The position numbers were made by a program, and so were the translations under genes. A stretch of 64,000 nucleotides of DNA from Monocercomonoides exilis PA203 (taxonomy: Eukaryota > Protista > Preaxostyla): the NCBI GenBank assembly GCA_001643675.2, contig LSRY02000060.1, positions 372,001-436,000 of the forward strand, given 5' to 3'. Shown here in pieces: positions 41,030 to 54,100 of the stretch. The notes below the pieces were generated by a model. That model was given only the letters and a program-made list of their open reading frames with translations, did not search any database and was not told the DNA's origin. The stretch's first letter is position 1. Each line of letters starts with the position of its first letter.

Positions 41030-44000
41030 AGATTTGATGTTGTGCATTGTGGAAGTGAAGAAGAAACATGTTTCACAATTTGGAAGGAGATGGAAAACAT
41101 GAAAAAGGAGATTGTGAACAAAACAATTCAGATAAAAGGATCAACAATTATCCGAGATTCATTCAACTTGTATAATTATCAAATCAAAAAAGCATCATCG
41201 ATGGGAGAAGAAGAAACAAAAGCTTCATTAAGTGTTGAAATGGAAATCAAAAGTCAACTGAATTATATCATTTTAAATGATATTTGTCTTGAATTAACAA
41301 ATATCCAGCTCCAATTAACATCTGATTTTGACAACTCGGCCAAAACAATCATTTCAAACAGATGTGGAGATTTGGTGATAACTGGATGTTCCTCCATTCA
41401 GAAGCAGGAATGAACAATGGATTTGATTGTGCATTTGTGGATATGATTGGAGGAAATGTGGAAGTGAATGATGAAGGATCATTCACACAAGAATGGCTTG
41501 TTGGATGTTCGAGTTCGCTGACAATGAGCAGACTTTCATTTGTTATGAAAGGTCAGTTGAATTCAAGGAGAAGTGCATTCATTCACTCAACAACAACACT
41601 CAGTGTAACGAACTGTTCAGTCTCATTTGAGAGTGGGGCATTAACAAGTGGAAAGATAGGATACACCATCATTTACATGACAGGAGGGAATCTGATTGTT
41701 GATGGATTTGTGATGGAATGTTCAGTGATAATGAATGGGAAATCTCCAATAACTATGAGAAATGGAGCTCAATTGGAGATTTTGAACAGCAGAGTGAGTG
41801 GACTGGAGGTGGAAGGTGGGAGTAGACAGGGAGGATATTTGAATGTGGAGATGAAGGAAGGTGGAAGTGTTAATATTGAAGAAAGCAATATATCCTCGAT
41901 ATGCTCAGGTGGAAGTGGAATGAAAGGGGGAAAGATGAAGACACTAATGGGGAAGAGAGGAACATTGAAAGTGAAAGGAGTGAAATTATTACGATGTGCT
42001 GTGCCATCAGAGGATATTGAGAATGGAGGGAGAGGAATGGGAGAAGGGATGAATGTGAAGCTGCCAGAGGAGACAGTATCATTTGTGATGGAAGGAATGG
42101 AATTTGAGGGATGCAATGCCTGGAAAGAAAAGAACATGTTTGTTTCAGGATGGAATCTGAGCAAGATTGTGAACAAGGAGCACTTGAAATGGGAGATGAG
42201 TGAAGTGGAGTAAGGATCACTGGATGAATTGTGTGGGTGGGAAAAAAGACGAAAGGAGAGGAGGGATGTGTGATTCTATTTGTTGTGTATTTGTGGAGGA
42301 ACTGGAGTGGGTATGGGTTTGTTTCGAAGGATGGAGGAGGAGATTTCATTGGATGTGGATATTCAGAAGCGCCATGTTCATCGATTGACCACTTGATATC
42401 ACTGAGATATGAACCACTTGGAGAAGGGTTATCACACATCAACATTGTGGGATCAGGATTGCTCCAGAAAGCAATATCATTTTTGTTATCATCATCTTCA
42501 AACACTACAGTTGTATCAATTGAGGGAGAAAAAGAAGGAACAAATCTGAAAGTGAGTGAAGGAGGAAGAAATGAAGGCGAAGAAGAAGAAGGAAGGGGAA
42601 TGATATCATCGAATGTTCATCTTTCTTTCACGAATCTGTCATTTTCTCTGCCAAATGAATTGGAGAGACATTTGTCACTCATTCACTCAACTTCATTCTC
42701 AGCAACGTCAATTTCAATCAAGAGGTGCTCATTTGTTTGTGGGGGTTCAGCAAAGGAAACTAAATATTGTCTGATAAAAGCAGTGGTGGGAGTGTGGTGA
42801 TTGAGGATTTTGCACTTTCTCGGTTCAATCTGGCAAAAGGGTTTGTTGAATTCTCAACAGATGTGAAGAGTATTGATGTGATGAATGTGTCTGTTTCAAA
42901 CACAACAATCTCAGGAAGCAGTCTGATATCGCTGAGTCAGGCATCCCCAACAAATGTGTTGATCAACAAAGCAAGAGAAAACGCCAAACAAATTGTGAGG
43001 GCGAACAGCTCCTCGTTTGCTAACATCACATGTTCAAAGAACAGAGCATGTGTGATGAGTGTGGGATCATTTTCATCTGAAATGGAATGTGAGATCGAAG
43101 GGTGTGTTCTGACGAAGTGCATGAGTGAGAGGAGCAAAGAAGGAGGAGGGATGAAGGCGTGTTTGAAGAGAGGGGAATCAGAATTGAAAGTGAGAGGATG
43201 CTCGTTTGTGATGTGAATGTGCTCAACTGAAGATGGGAGAGGAGGAGGAGCGATGATTGATGCAATTGATCCGAATGCTGAATCAGTTGAAAAGGAAATG
43301 CTAGCTCTTGGGGTGAAACTGGAAAACATAAGATTTGTGATGAATGAAGCCTTTGTTGGGAAGGATGTGTTCATTAAGTGCAATTCGATTGAGAGGCAGG
43401 TGAATGAGTCACTGTTTTCGCTGGACTTCAGCCAGGATGCTTTGAAGTCGAAGAACTCGATTTGTGGGAGCAATGGAGAAGAGAATATTGATGTTGATCT
43501 GATTCCACTGATCACATTCTATTATTCAGCACAGGTGTTTGTGTGTGTGAATGGGAGCGACAGCGTGCAATGTGGAAGACAGGATGCGCCATGTGAGAGC
43601 ATCAGCAATGGAGTGCAACACATTCAAGAAAGCACTGCGAGAATGATAATTATTGATGGAGAATGTTTGATTGGAGGAGAATGTGTGATTGGGGATGTGA
43701 GGATGGTGCCAGTGAAGAAAACAAAGGGGAAGATCCATTTTGATGGGAAGATAAAAAACATCAGAGGAGGACAGCATCATGAAGTTTGTGAATGAGAGTA
43801 TGATGGAGAGGTGTTTGTTTATGTTTGGAGATGCATTTGAAGGGGTTGAGGAGAGTGTTTTGAAAGAGAAGGATGGGAAATTGGAGATTTTAGATTGCTT
43901 TTTCAGCTCGTCAGCAATGGATCTTGTGATGAAGAGCATGATTCTTCATGTCGAAAGTGGAGAGCTGAAGATGAGCGAAACGTTGTTCAGTGGAATTCAT

Positions 44001-44471
44001 TCATCTGTGCCACTTCTGTCATTCCGTGGAGAATCGGGTGCGTCAATTGTTGAAACCAGAATGTTGAATATCGAGTGTGAGGGGGAAATTGTGAGAGTTG
44101 GGGAAAAAGCGAAGGTAGAGATGAAGGAAGTGAAGTTTGAGTATATTTCAGTGGCTATTGAAGGAAGCGTGATGAAGATGGATGGAGCTGAAAGGGGATT
44201 GAGTGTGCTGAACTGTTCCTTTGTGAAATGTCGGAGCACAAAAGAGAAGGGAAGAATGATGGAGATTTGTGAATGCTTGGATGTGAAAATAGACAATTGC
44301 CTTTTTAATGGGAGTTCAAAGGAAAGAAAAGAATATCATTTGAATGAAGAAGAGGAGATGTGCAAATGGGATGAATCTCTTGTGGATGTCGTGAAGAGTT
44401 CTGTTTTGATGAAAGACACAGCAATCTCTAATTCACCAGAAGGTGGAATAACAATGAGTGAGAAAACATAT
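41030..44471 (+). pseudogene. Large beta-helix family pseudogene, truncated by a MITE
   Basis: Consecutive ORFs 41042-44477 separated by stops and frameshifts; family motifs CG....PC, GGG...ID, VDLIPLITFY. Confidence 0.8.
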
Positions 44472-44710
44472 GGGTAATTCTTTTTGAAAAGTCGCAAATG
44501 TTTAATTCTCAAATAAATAAAAATATTCATATTTTTATGAAAATTTTGTTAACGTATACTAAACTTCACCAATATGGAATCAAATTCTGGATAATGCCAT
44601 TTCAAACGTTCTAAATAAGATTCGTGAGTGGAAACAGAAATTTGAGCAAATTATGAAAAAAAATTTTTTTTGAAAATTAAACGTTTGCGACTTTTCAAAA
44701 AGAATAACCC
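44472..44710. mobile_element. 239-bp MITE, 36-bp TIRs, flanked by ATAT
   Basis: ATAT|GGGTAATTCTTTTTGAAAAGTCGCAAATGTTTAATT...AATTAAACGTTTGCGACTTTTCAAAAAGAATAACCC|ATAT. Confidence 0.85.
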
Positions 44711-45004
44711 ATATATATAAAAGTCATAAACTTTTAACATTATTTACTGAGACTTTTTCACTTTGCAGAAATTACAATTAACATTTATTCTTATTGTTTA
44801 TCGCAATGCAGTAACTATTTATGATTATTTAAATGATTTCACATTTAATCTTGTTGTATTTTAAAAACATGTATATTTTTTTATTCATTATGTTGAGAAA
44901 ATATAAATTGAAAATAAATATTTTCAATTAAAAATTAAAAATTTCAAAGCAGTTTCGATATTTTTACAAAAAATATTCCCATAACTTGACTATCATAATT
45001 TAAA

Positions 45005-45579
45005 TTGAAAAATATATCTTCCAATTTCTGTCACATGGAGACTCAATATAACAAAGAAGATATTCAAAAATTAACTTTTTTTGAATTTATTGTTATGTCA
45101 AATGGAAATAACAAATTAGCTCTAGAAATTTTGTTATTGATGGGATGCATTAAAAAGTCCTTTAAATGCTGGAAATGCGAAAAAGAGATGAATCTGACGA
45201 TGAAAAAAACCCGAATGCGACTATTACACTTTTAAATGTTCGTTGTGTGGAAAACTATACAGTTGGAATCATGAATCTTTGTTTATGGATTTCAATTTAT
45301 CGCCTTACTACGTCATGACACTGTTTTGTCACTTTTGGTACAAACATTCTGTGAATAAGGTTGTGAAAGAAACAAAACTATCAAAGAACACAGTCTTGAG
45401 CTTTTTCAAAAGATTACGTAATATCTGCTGTTATCTTAAAGCGCTTGACACCGAAAAAATTTGAAAAAACAGAAAAGTTGAAATGGATGAAACACTGATT
45501 CACAAAAGAAAAAATGGGGTGGAAAGAGTTAAAGAACAGCAGTGGCTGTGGGGAGCAGTTGAAAGAAAAGTGGAAGGAA
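45005..45579 (+). pseudogene. Merlin / IS1595(ISXO2)-like transposase 5' fragment
   Basis: CxxC (CWKC), HTH-like region, then KVEMDETLIHKRKNGVERVKEQQWLWGAVER (VEIDE...KRK..GR....WVFG.VER motif); truncated at 45580. Confidence 0.8.
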
Positions 45580-45903
45580 GAGATATGGTATGTCAGCTAT
45601 AGATCCATCTCGATTAAGATCTATCAATATTATCTATTTATGAATATCTGATGGTTATTATCATCTTGTATAATAAGTTGGAAGGCGATGGTAATATGAT
45701 GGAGATCGTTTTATGAATATCTGATGGTAGTTGTCATTTAGTGTAATAAGCTGGAATAGGTGATGATAATAAGATAGAGATCATGAGGAGATTGCTGATA
45801 CTCTTAGAGGTTTCTCATGATTAGATATTCAGTGATGTTCTATAAAGATGGAGTTATTGATAGGTGTAATCGATATGGATCCATAGCTGATATACCATAT
45901 CTC
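45580..45903. repeat. 324-bp fold-back unit with 37-bp inverted ends and an internal ~73-bp tandem duplication
   Basis: GAGATATGGTATGTCAGCTATAGATCCATCTCGATTA vs TAATCGATATGGATCCATAGCTGATATACCATATCTC (3 mismatches); TTTATGAATATCTGATGGT at 45637 and 45710. Confidence 0.85.
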
Positions 45904-46160
45904 CTAGGAGGAGAATTAGCTAAAAGATTAACTGGAAGATTAACTAAAGTTGTTCGCAACGAAGTTGCTCAGGAGACTTTGTCTCCGTGTTCAAGTTGGA
46001 AATTAATGGTGAAATTGTGTGAAAATTGGTGTTATCGTTGATGAAATTGTTGATGAATAACATGAGTTGAACATGTGTCGAACGTTGATGAAATCGTTGG
46101 TGTGATGGTTGGTGAAGTCGCAAATAAAAATAATTGATTAAATTTTTTGTTTTATAGTAA

Positions 46161-46373
46161 ATGGGTCGGAAAAAGATATACGCAACTGTGGAAGAAGCTA
46201 AAGAGGCTCAACAGAAACAAATTAAACAGTTTCAGGAAAAACGCAAGGAAGAAACTAAGTATTACAACGAACATGTATCTGAAAAACAGAAGAAATTGAT
46301 TAAGATATTGAAAAGAAAGCTTATCGAAAATGATGAGTTGTTAGATGAGATGATGGAAAAAGTTAATGGTTAA
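46161..46373 (+). CDS. Small basic coiled-coil protein (MGRKKIYATVEEAKEA...), 70 aa
   Basis: Clean ATG-TAA ORF, K/E-rich; GRKKIY-T-EEAKEA start is reminiscent of small proteins of Polinton-like elements and DNA viruses. Confidence 0.6.
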   Translation: MGRKKIYATVEEAKEAQQKQIKQFQEKRKEETKYYNEHVSEKQKKLIKILKRKLIENDELLDEMMEKVNG

Positions 46374-46737
46374 GTTTGGAGACGATTATATTTTTAGCTG
46401 AATGAGTTAACTGTTTTGCCTGCACAGGGTGGACTGGGCAGTTAATGAGTGTGCTGTGGAGTGGAAATATTGGGTTAAATCTCAATGCTGGAAGCGTGGA
46501 CCGGTGGACCGGATGTCCGGTCAATTTTCATTTCATTTGAAAATAGGTTCCAACATGCCATTTCTTCCACATGAGTGTTTTTCCCTTAATTTTGGCATGA
46601 TTTAAAGGGTTTTTATTTAATTTCGATTGTGTTATCATTTTGCCACATTGCCACATGGTATCGATGGTGGTATAGAACAAGTGGCACACACTTTTTGTAT
46701 TGTTTGTGTGTAAATGATTCCAAATATACGAATATGT

Positions 46738-49080
46738 TCAATTAATATCCACAGAACAGTCAATATCATCTTCATCTTCTCGTCGTTTGAGGAGTTGTTC
46801 ATACTCTGGTTTAAGCTTATAACACCACACTTGATTTCCTCTTCCACCTATTCGTATTTTCTCACATCTGTCTTTAATTGCAAGTTGGAATGAGCGATCG
46901 TTCTTGTATTCAACTGGTCTGAAACATAGTGCATCAGAACATCTCCACACTTCTTTGAGTTTATTGTAATGCTCCTGACAGAACACATCGATGACAGAGA
47001 GTGGTGCTGCAATGATATCTTCCTTTGCTTCCGTTGAAGGAATAGCCCTTGTGTTGAAATTGGAGAGATCTTTGCTGACGAAATAACAGAGAAGTTGTTC
47101 ACAGAATTCATTGTCGAAAGAGCTTATGAAATCCTTGAAGAATGTGAGATTGTTCTTATATTTTGAGTTACAATCACAAACAACATATCTTCTGTCATTA
47201 ATCTCAATCTTCACCGGGTATATGTGATTTGTCACAAATATGAAATCAGCGACGTTCTCAGCTGTTCTTCTTGCCTGATTCTTCTCATTGATTCTGATTG
47301 TTGAATCCATGATTATACTCTTCAATGTGTCAAAGTTAGCTGTTCGATCATCTCCAACATTCTTCAATTCGTTAAATTCAATAAGCATTTTCCCTTCGAC
47401 GATGGAGTTGAACTGTCTTGTCAGTTCTGCAATCTCTGTGACATTTGGACATGAGTGTCCTGCCAACAGTTCGGCAAGCACATTTCTCCAGACATTCTTT
47501 CCAAAACCTTGCAAACCTTTGAGAACAAGTGATGTTTCTGCTTTTTTACCAGGATTATGAACAATTGAAGCAATCCAACAGAGGATGTATTGAAAGAGTT
47601 CTTCGTTATTGTTGTCAATAACTTCTCGTGTGAAATCAAGAAATGGTTTGATGATTTCGTTGTTTGGCTCGTTTGCCATTTGGTATTTGAACCCATGGAA
47701 CAGAGAGAATATTCGAGGGCTATCTGAGAAGTACTTCATCTCATTGATCGATGGAACATGTGAGTATTTTACATAAGCTGTCTCAAATGTGAGAGTCTTT
47801 TTATCATCATGCCAGAGTTTTATTGTTTTGGACAGTTCGTTCATTGCTGATTTAGTCTTGAATGTCATCGAATAACAAGAGGAGTGAATGTCAAACTCTT
47901 TCACAATGAATTCCATCCTTGCTTCAACAAAGCTTAGAACTTTTGTGAGATCTTCTGCAACTTCCGACAGTGAGGAGTATTGTTTTCGACAAACTTTATC
48001 CCTGACTTCAGAGAACGAGAACGATGAGTTGAGATTTATTTCACGAACAGTAATCTCTCGTGGAGGTTCTTCCTTTTGCTCATTCTCTTTTCTGAGGAGT
48101 GGAATGATCACATCATTGTTATATGTTGGATTCCATCTCTTGAAAATATTTTGAAGAACAAATGGATGTGACTTGTTGTCTCTGTTCCTGTTTCTTTACT
48201 CTTCACAGTGAGTGATTGCATTTGCTGCAAGAGCAGTTGTCGCTTTGATTTGAGTGTTAAGAAAATCTTTCGATTCGTTGTCGAAACAGTTAATGTTGAC
48301 GAGAGAGTTGAGAGCTGTAAACAACAGCAAAAGAGTTAACTCAGAATCAAGTGACAAAGAACCTGTGTCGTTATGTATTTCAACATCTTTGAGTCCATCA
48401 ACAAGAGCAAGAGCGACAGTTGGAGACATATCAACAATTCCATCTTTTGTGAGAAGATTGTGTGGTTCAGCTGCAATTATCGCTGATGTATTCTCTGTTT
48501 TGAGGTTCATACCGAATATGTCAAAAACACTCTCAAGTGATGAAAGATTTCTGAGCTCTCTGTTATTGTTGAGGGTGATGTATTTGGTGATAATTCTCTT
48601 GCCATCTTTCATCTCTCTGTATGAAGAGTCAGCTCGAATAACAAGCCTCTGTTTTCCATCTCCAATACCTGCAAAAATGTCGATATCGTTCTCTGGACTC
48701 GTGAACACTTTGGTTTGTGACGAACATTTGAGGGGATAACAACACAGCTCACAATAAATGTGAAGACCACCATGAGCTGTTTGTACAAGTCCGACATTTC
48801 GGGGGAGTTTGTCGAGAATGGAATTCCTGATGGTTTTCGTTTGTTCAGCTTGAAGGGATTTGTTGATATCAACATCAACTGCACAAAGATTCTCACATTT
48901 TCTGATATCGACAGCTGTTCCAGTGTGTCGTTGACCCTGCTTCTTGTCAGAGTATTTCTTGAAGTCGAACAAGTTTACAAGGTGATCTTTCATTCGTTCT
49001 CCCATTGTGTGCTGTTCTGTTAACATTGAATCAATTTATTGTTGGATTACGTTGTCAGAGTCTGTTTGGGGGTTTTCCAT
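46738..49080 (-). pseudogene. Primase-polymerase-like N-terminus plus D5-like SF3 helicase; one reading frame broken by two in-frame TAA codons
   Basis: AVDVD and TAHGGLHIY (prim-pol motifs); Walker A GLQGFGKN, Walker B-like IEFNE, FVTN, DRRY. ORFs 48196-49026 and 46738-48111 are in the same frame with 28 open codons between them. Confidence 0.85.
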
Positions 49081-49221
49081 TTCATTCAAATAAAAAAATC
49101 TCTTTTCAAAACAAATACATTTCAAAAAACGTAAATTAACGGTGAAGATGATGTTGGTGTAAATATCGAAAATGAACGACAATTGAATATTTTCACATTA
49201 AATGTATTTTGCCCAATTTGC

Positions 49222-49500
49222 TCACTTTGACAGTTTGCCCGCATATTTTAATGAATGTAATTGACCAGGTCCACCAGTTGTTGGCAAATAACCATTAACT
49301 TTTTCCATCAACTCATCTAACAACTCATCATTTTCGATAAGCTTTCTTTTCAATATCTTAATCAATTTCTTCTGTTTTTCAGATACATGTTCGTTGTAAT
49401 ACTTAGTTTCTTCCTTGCGTTTTTCCTGAAACTGTTTAATTTGTTTCTGTTGAGCCTCTTTAGCTTCTTCCACAGTTGCGTATATCTTTTTCCGACCCAT
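49222..49500 (-). CDS. Second copy of the small basic protein, C-terminally extended (92 aa)
   Basis: Same as 46161-46373 except one residue; reads past the arm boundary. Confidence 0.55.
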   Translation of the reverse strand: MGRKKIYATVEEAKEAQQKQIKQFQEKRKEETKYYNEHVSEKQKKLIKILKRKLIENDELLDELMEKVNGYLPTTGGPGQLHSLKYAGKLSK

Positions 49501-50081
49501 TTACTATAAAACAAAAAATTTAATCAATTATTTTTATTTGCGACTTCACCAACCATCACACCAACGATTTCATCAACGTTCGACACATGTTCAACTCATG
49601 TTATTCATCAACAATTTCATCAACGATAACACCAATTTTCACACAATTTCACCATTAATTTCCAACTTGAACACGGAGACAAAGTCTCCTGAGCAACTTC
49701 GTTGCGAACAACTTTAGTTAATCTTCCAGTTAATCTTTTAGCTAATTCTCCTCCTAGGAGATATGGTATATCAGCTATGGATCCATATCGATTACACCTA
49801 TCAATAACTCCATCTTTATAGAACATCACTGAATATCTAATCATGAGAAACCTCTAAGAGTATCAGCAATCTCCTCATGATCTCTATCTTATTATCATCA
49901 CCTATTCCAGCTTATTACACTAAATGACAACTACCATCAGATATTCATAAAACGATCTCCATCATATTACCATCGCCTTCCAACTTATTATACAAGATGA
50001 TAATAACCATCAGATATTCATAAATAGATAATATTGATAGATCTTAATCGAGATGGATCTATAGCTGACATACCATATCTC

Positions 50082-50657
50082 TTCCTTCCACTTTTCTTTC
50101 AACTGCTCCCCACAGCCACTGCTGTTCTTTAACTCTTTCCACCCCATTTTTTCTTTTTGTGAATCAGTGTTTCATCCATTTCAACTTTTCTGTTTTTTCA
50201 AATTTTTTCGGTGTCAAGCGCTTTAAGATAACAGCAGATATTACGTAATCTTTTGAAAAAGCTCAAGACTGTGTTCTTTGATAGTTTTGTTTCTTTCACA
50301 ACCTTATTCACAGAATGTTTGTACCAAAAGTGACAAAACAGTGTCATGACGTAGTAAGGCGATAAATTGAAATCCATAAACAAAGATTCATGATTCCAAC
50401 TGTATAGTTTTCCACACAACGAACATTTAAAAGTGTAATAGTCGCATTCGGGTTTTTTTCATCGTCAGATTCATCTCTTTTTCGCATTTCCAGCATTTAA
50501 AGGACTTTTTAATGCATCCCATCAATAACAAAATTTCTAGAGCTAATTTGTTATTTCCATTTGACATAACAATAAATTCAAAAAAAGTTAATTTTTGAAT
50601 ATCTTCTTTGTTATATTGAGTCTCCATGTGACAGAAATTGGAAGATATATTTTTCAA
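50082..50657 (-). pseudogene. Merlin/IS1595-like transposase fragment (mirror copy)
   Basis: Mirror of 45005-45579. Confidence 0.8.
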
Positions 50658-50951
50658 TTTAAATTATGATAGTCAAGTTATGGGAATATTTTTTGTAAAA
50701 ATATCGAAACTGCTTTGAAATTTTTAATTTTTAATTGAAAATATTTATTTTCAATTTATATTTTCTCAACATAATGAATAAAAAAATATACATGTTTTTA
50801 AAATACAACAAGATTAAATGTGAAATCATTTAAATAATCATAAATAGTTACTGCATTGCGATAAACAATAAGAATAAATGTTAATTGTAATTTCTGCAAA
50901 GTGAAAAAGTCTCAGTAAATAATGTTAAAAGTTTATGACTTTTATATATAT

Positions 50952-51187
50952 GGGTTATTCTTTTGAAAAGTCGCAAACGTTTAATTTTCAAAAAAATTTT
51001 TTTCATAATTTGCTCAAATTTCTGTTTCCACTCACGAATCTTATTTAGAACGTTTGAAATGGCATTATCCAGAATTTGATTCCATATTGGTGAAGTTTAG
51101 TATACGTTAACAAAATTTTCATAAAAATATGAATATTTTTATTTATTTGAGAATTAAACATTTGCGACTTTTCAAAAAGAATTACCC
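50952..51187. mobile_element. MITE (mirror copy)
   Basis: Mirror of 44472-44710, ATAT flanks. Confidence 0.85.
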
Positions 51188-54100
51188 ATATGTTTTCTCA
51201 CTCATTGTTATTCCACCTTCTGGTGAATTAGAGATTGCTGTGTCTTTCATCAAAACAGAACTCTTCACGACATCCACAAGAGATTCATCCCATTTGCACA
51301 TCTCCTCTTCTTCATTCAAATGATATTCTTTTCTTTCCTTTGAACTCCCATTAAAAAGGCAATTGTCTATTTTCACATCCAAGCATTCACAAATCTCCAT
51401 CATTCTTCCCTTCTCTTTTGTGCTCCGACATTTCACAAAGGAACAGTTCAGCACACTCAATCCCCTTTCAGCTCCATCCATCTTCATCACGCTTCCTTCA
51501 ATAGCCACTGAAATATACTCAAACTTCACTTCCTTCATCTCTACCTTCGCTTTTTCCCCAACTCTCACAATTTCCCCCTCACACTCGATATTCAACATTC
51601 TGGTTTCAACAATTGACGCACCCGATTCTCCACGGAATGACAGAAGTGGCACAGATGAATGAATTCCACTGAACAACGTTTCGCTCATCTTCAGCTCTCC
51701 ACTTTCGACATGAAGAATCATGCTCTTCATCACAAGATCCATTGCTGACGAGCTGAAAAAGCAATCTAAAATCTCCAATTTCCCATCCTTCTCTTTCAAA
51801 ACACTCTCCTCAACCCCTTCAAATGCATCTCCAAACATAAACAAACACCTCTCCATCATACTCTCATTCACAAACTTCATGATGCTGTCCTCCTCTGATG
51901 TTTTTTTATCTTCCCATCAAAATGGATCTTCCCCTTTGTTTTCTTCACTGGCACCATCCTCACATCCCCAATCACACATTCTCCTCCAATCAAACATTCT
52001 CCATCAATAATTATCATTCTCGCAGTGCTTTCTTGAATGTGTTGCACTCCATTGCTGATGCTCTCACATGGCGCATCCTGTCTTCCACATTGCACGCTGT
52101 CGCTCCCATTCACACACACAAACACCTGTGCTGAATAATAGAATGTGATCAGTGGAATCAGATCAACATCAATATTCTCTTCTCCATTGCTCCCACAAAT
52201 CGAGTTCTTCGACTTCAAAGCATCCTGGCTGAAGTCCAGCGAAAACAGTGACTCATTCACCTGCCTCTCAATCGAATTGCACTTAATGAACACATCCTTC
52301 CCAACAAAGGCTTCATTCATCACAAATCTTATGTTTTCCAGTTTCACCCCAAGAGCTAGCATTTCCTTTTCAACTGATTCAGCATTCGGATCAATTGCAT
52401 CAATCATCGCTCCTCCTCCTCTCCCATCTTCAGTTGAGCACATTCACATCACAAACGAGCATCCTCTCACTTTCAATTCTGATTCCCCTCTCTTCAAACA
52501 CGCCTTCATCCCTCCTCCTTCTTTGCTCCTCTCACTCATGCACTTCGTCAGAACACACCCTTCGATCTCACATTCCATTTCAGATGAAAATGATCCCACA
52601 CTCATCACACATGCTCTGTTCTTTGAACATGTGATGTTAGCAAACGAGGAGCTGTTCGCCCTCACAATTTGTTTGGCGTTTTCTCTTGCTTTGTTGATCA
52701 ACACATTTGTTGGGGATGCCTGACTCAGCGATATCAGACTGCTTCCTGAGATTGTTGTGTTTGAAACAGACACATTCATCACATCAATACTCTTCACATC
52801 TGTTGAGAATTCAACAAACCCTTTTGCCAGATTGAACCGAGAAAGTGCAAAATCCTCAATCACCACACTCCCACCACTGCTTTTATCAGACAATATTTAG
52901 TTTCCTTTGCTGAACCCCCCACAAACAAATGAGCACCTCTTGATTGAAATTGACGTTGCTGAGAATGAAGTTGAGTGAATGAGTGACAAATGTCTCTCCA
53001 ATTCATTTGGCAGAGAAAATGACAGATTCGTGAAAGAAAGATGAACATTCGATGATATCATTCCCCTTCCTTCTTCTTCTTCGCCTTCATTTCTTCCTCC
53101 TTCACTCACTTTCAGATTTGTTCCTTCTTTTTCTCCCTCAATTGATACAACTGTAGTGTTTGAAGATGATGATAACAAAAATGATATTGCTTTCTGGAGC
53201 AATCCTGATCCCACAATGTTGATGTGTGATAACCCTTCTCCAAGTGGTTCATATCTCAGTGATATCAAGTGGTCAATCGATGAACATGGCGCTTCTGAAT
53301 ATCCACATCCAATGAAATCTCCTCCTCCATCCTTCGAAACAAACCCATACCCACTCCAGTTCCTCCACAAATACACAACAAATAGAATCACACATCCCTC
53401 CTCTCCTTTCGTCTTTTTTCCCACCCACACAATTCATCCAGTGATCCTTACTCCACTTCACTCATCTCCCATTTCAAGTGCTCCTTGTTCACAATCTTGC
53501 TCAGATTCCATCCTGAAACAAACATGTTCTTTTCTTTCCAGGCATTGCATCCCTCAAATTCCATTCCTTCCATCACAAATGATACTGTCTCCTCTGGCAG
53601 CTTCACATTCATCCCTTCTCCCATTCCTCTCCCTCCATTCTCAATATCCTCTGATGGCACAGCACATCGTAATAATTTCACTCCTTTCACTTTCAATGTT
53701 CCTCTCTTCCCCATTAGTGTCTTCATCTTTCCCCCTTTCATTCCACTTCCACCTGAGCATATCGAGGATATATTGCTTTCTTCAATATTAACACTTCCAC
53801 CTTCCTTCATCTCCACATTCAAATATCCTCCCTGTCTACTCCCACCTTCCACCTCCAGTCCACTCACTCTGCTGTTCAAAATCTCCAATTGAGCTCCATT
53901 TCTCATAGTTATTGGAGATTTCCCATTCATTATCACTGAACATTCCATCACAAATCCATCAACAATCAGATTCCCTCCTGTCATGTAAATGATGGTGTAT
54001 CCTATCTTTCCACTTGTTAATGCCCCACTCTCAAATGAGACTGAACAGTTCGTTACACTGAGTGTTGTTGTTGAGTGAATGAATGCACTTCTCCTTGAAT

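Larger units (their letters stand above)
39967..46372 (+). repeat. Left arm of 6406-bp inverted repeat
   Basis: The ORF track is mirrored at 49289-55694. Differences seen are a few homopolymer indels and a few substitutions. Confidence 0.97.
45580..50081. mobile_element. 4.5-kb virus-like element: 793-bp TIRs around a primase/SF3 helicase gene
   Basis: Begins exactly where the Merlin ORF breaks; GAGATATGG...CCATATCTC ends; each TIR contains a 324-bp fold-back and a small basic ORF. Confidence 0.6.

Noticed and set aside
45637-45790. Possible CRISPR-like repeat
   Set aside because: Only two ~73-bp tandem units with similar intervening sequence, in a eukaryotic context with no cas genes.
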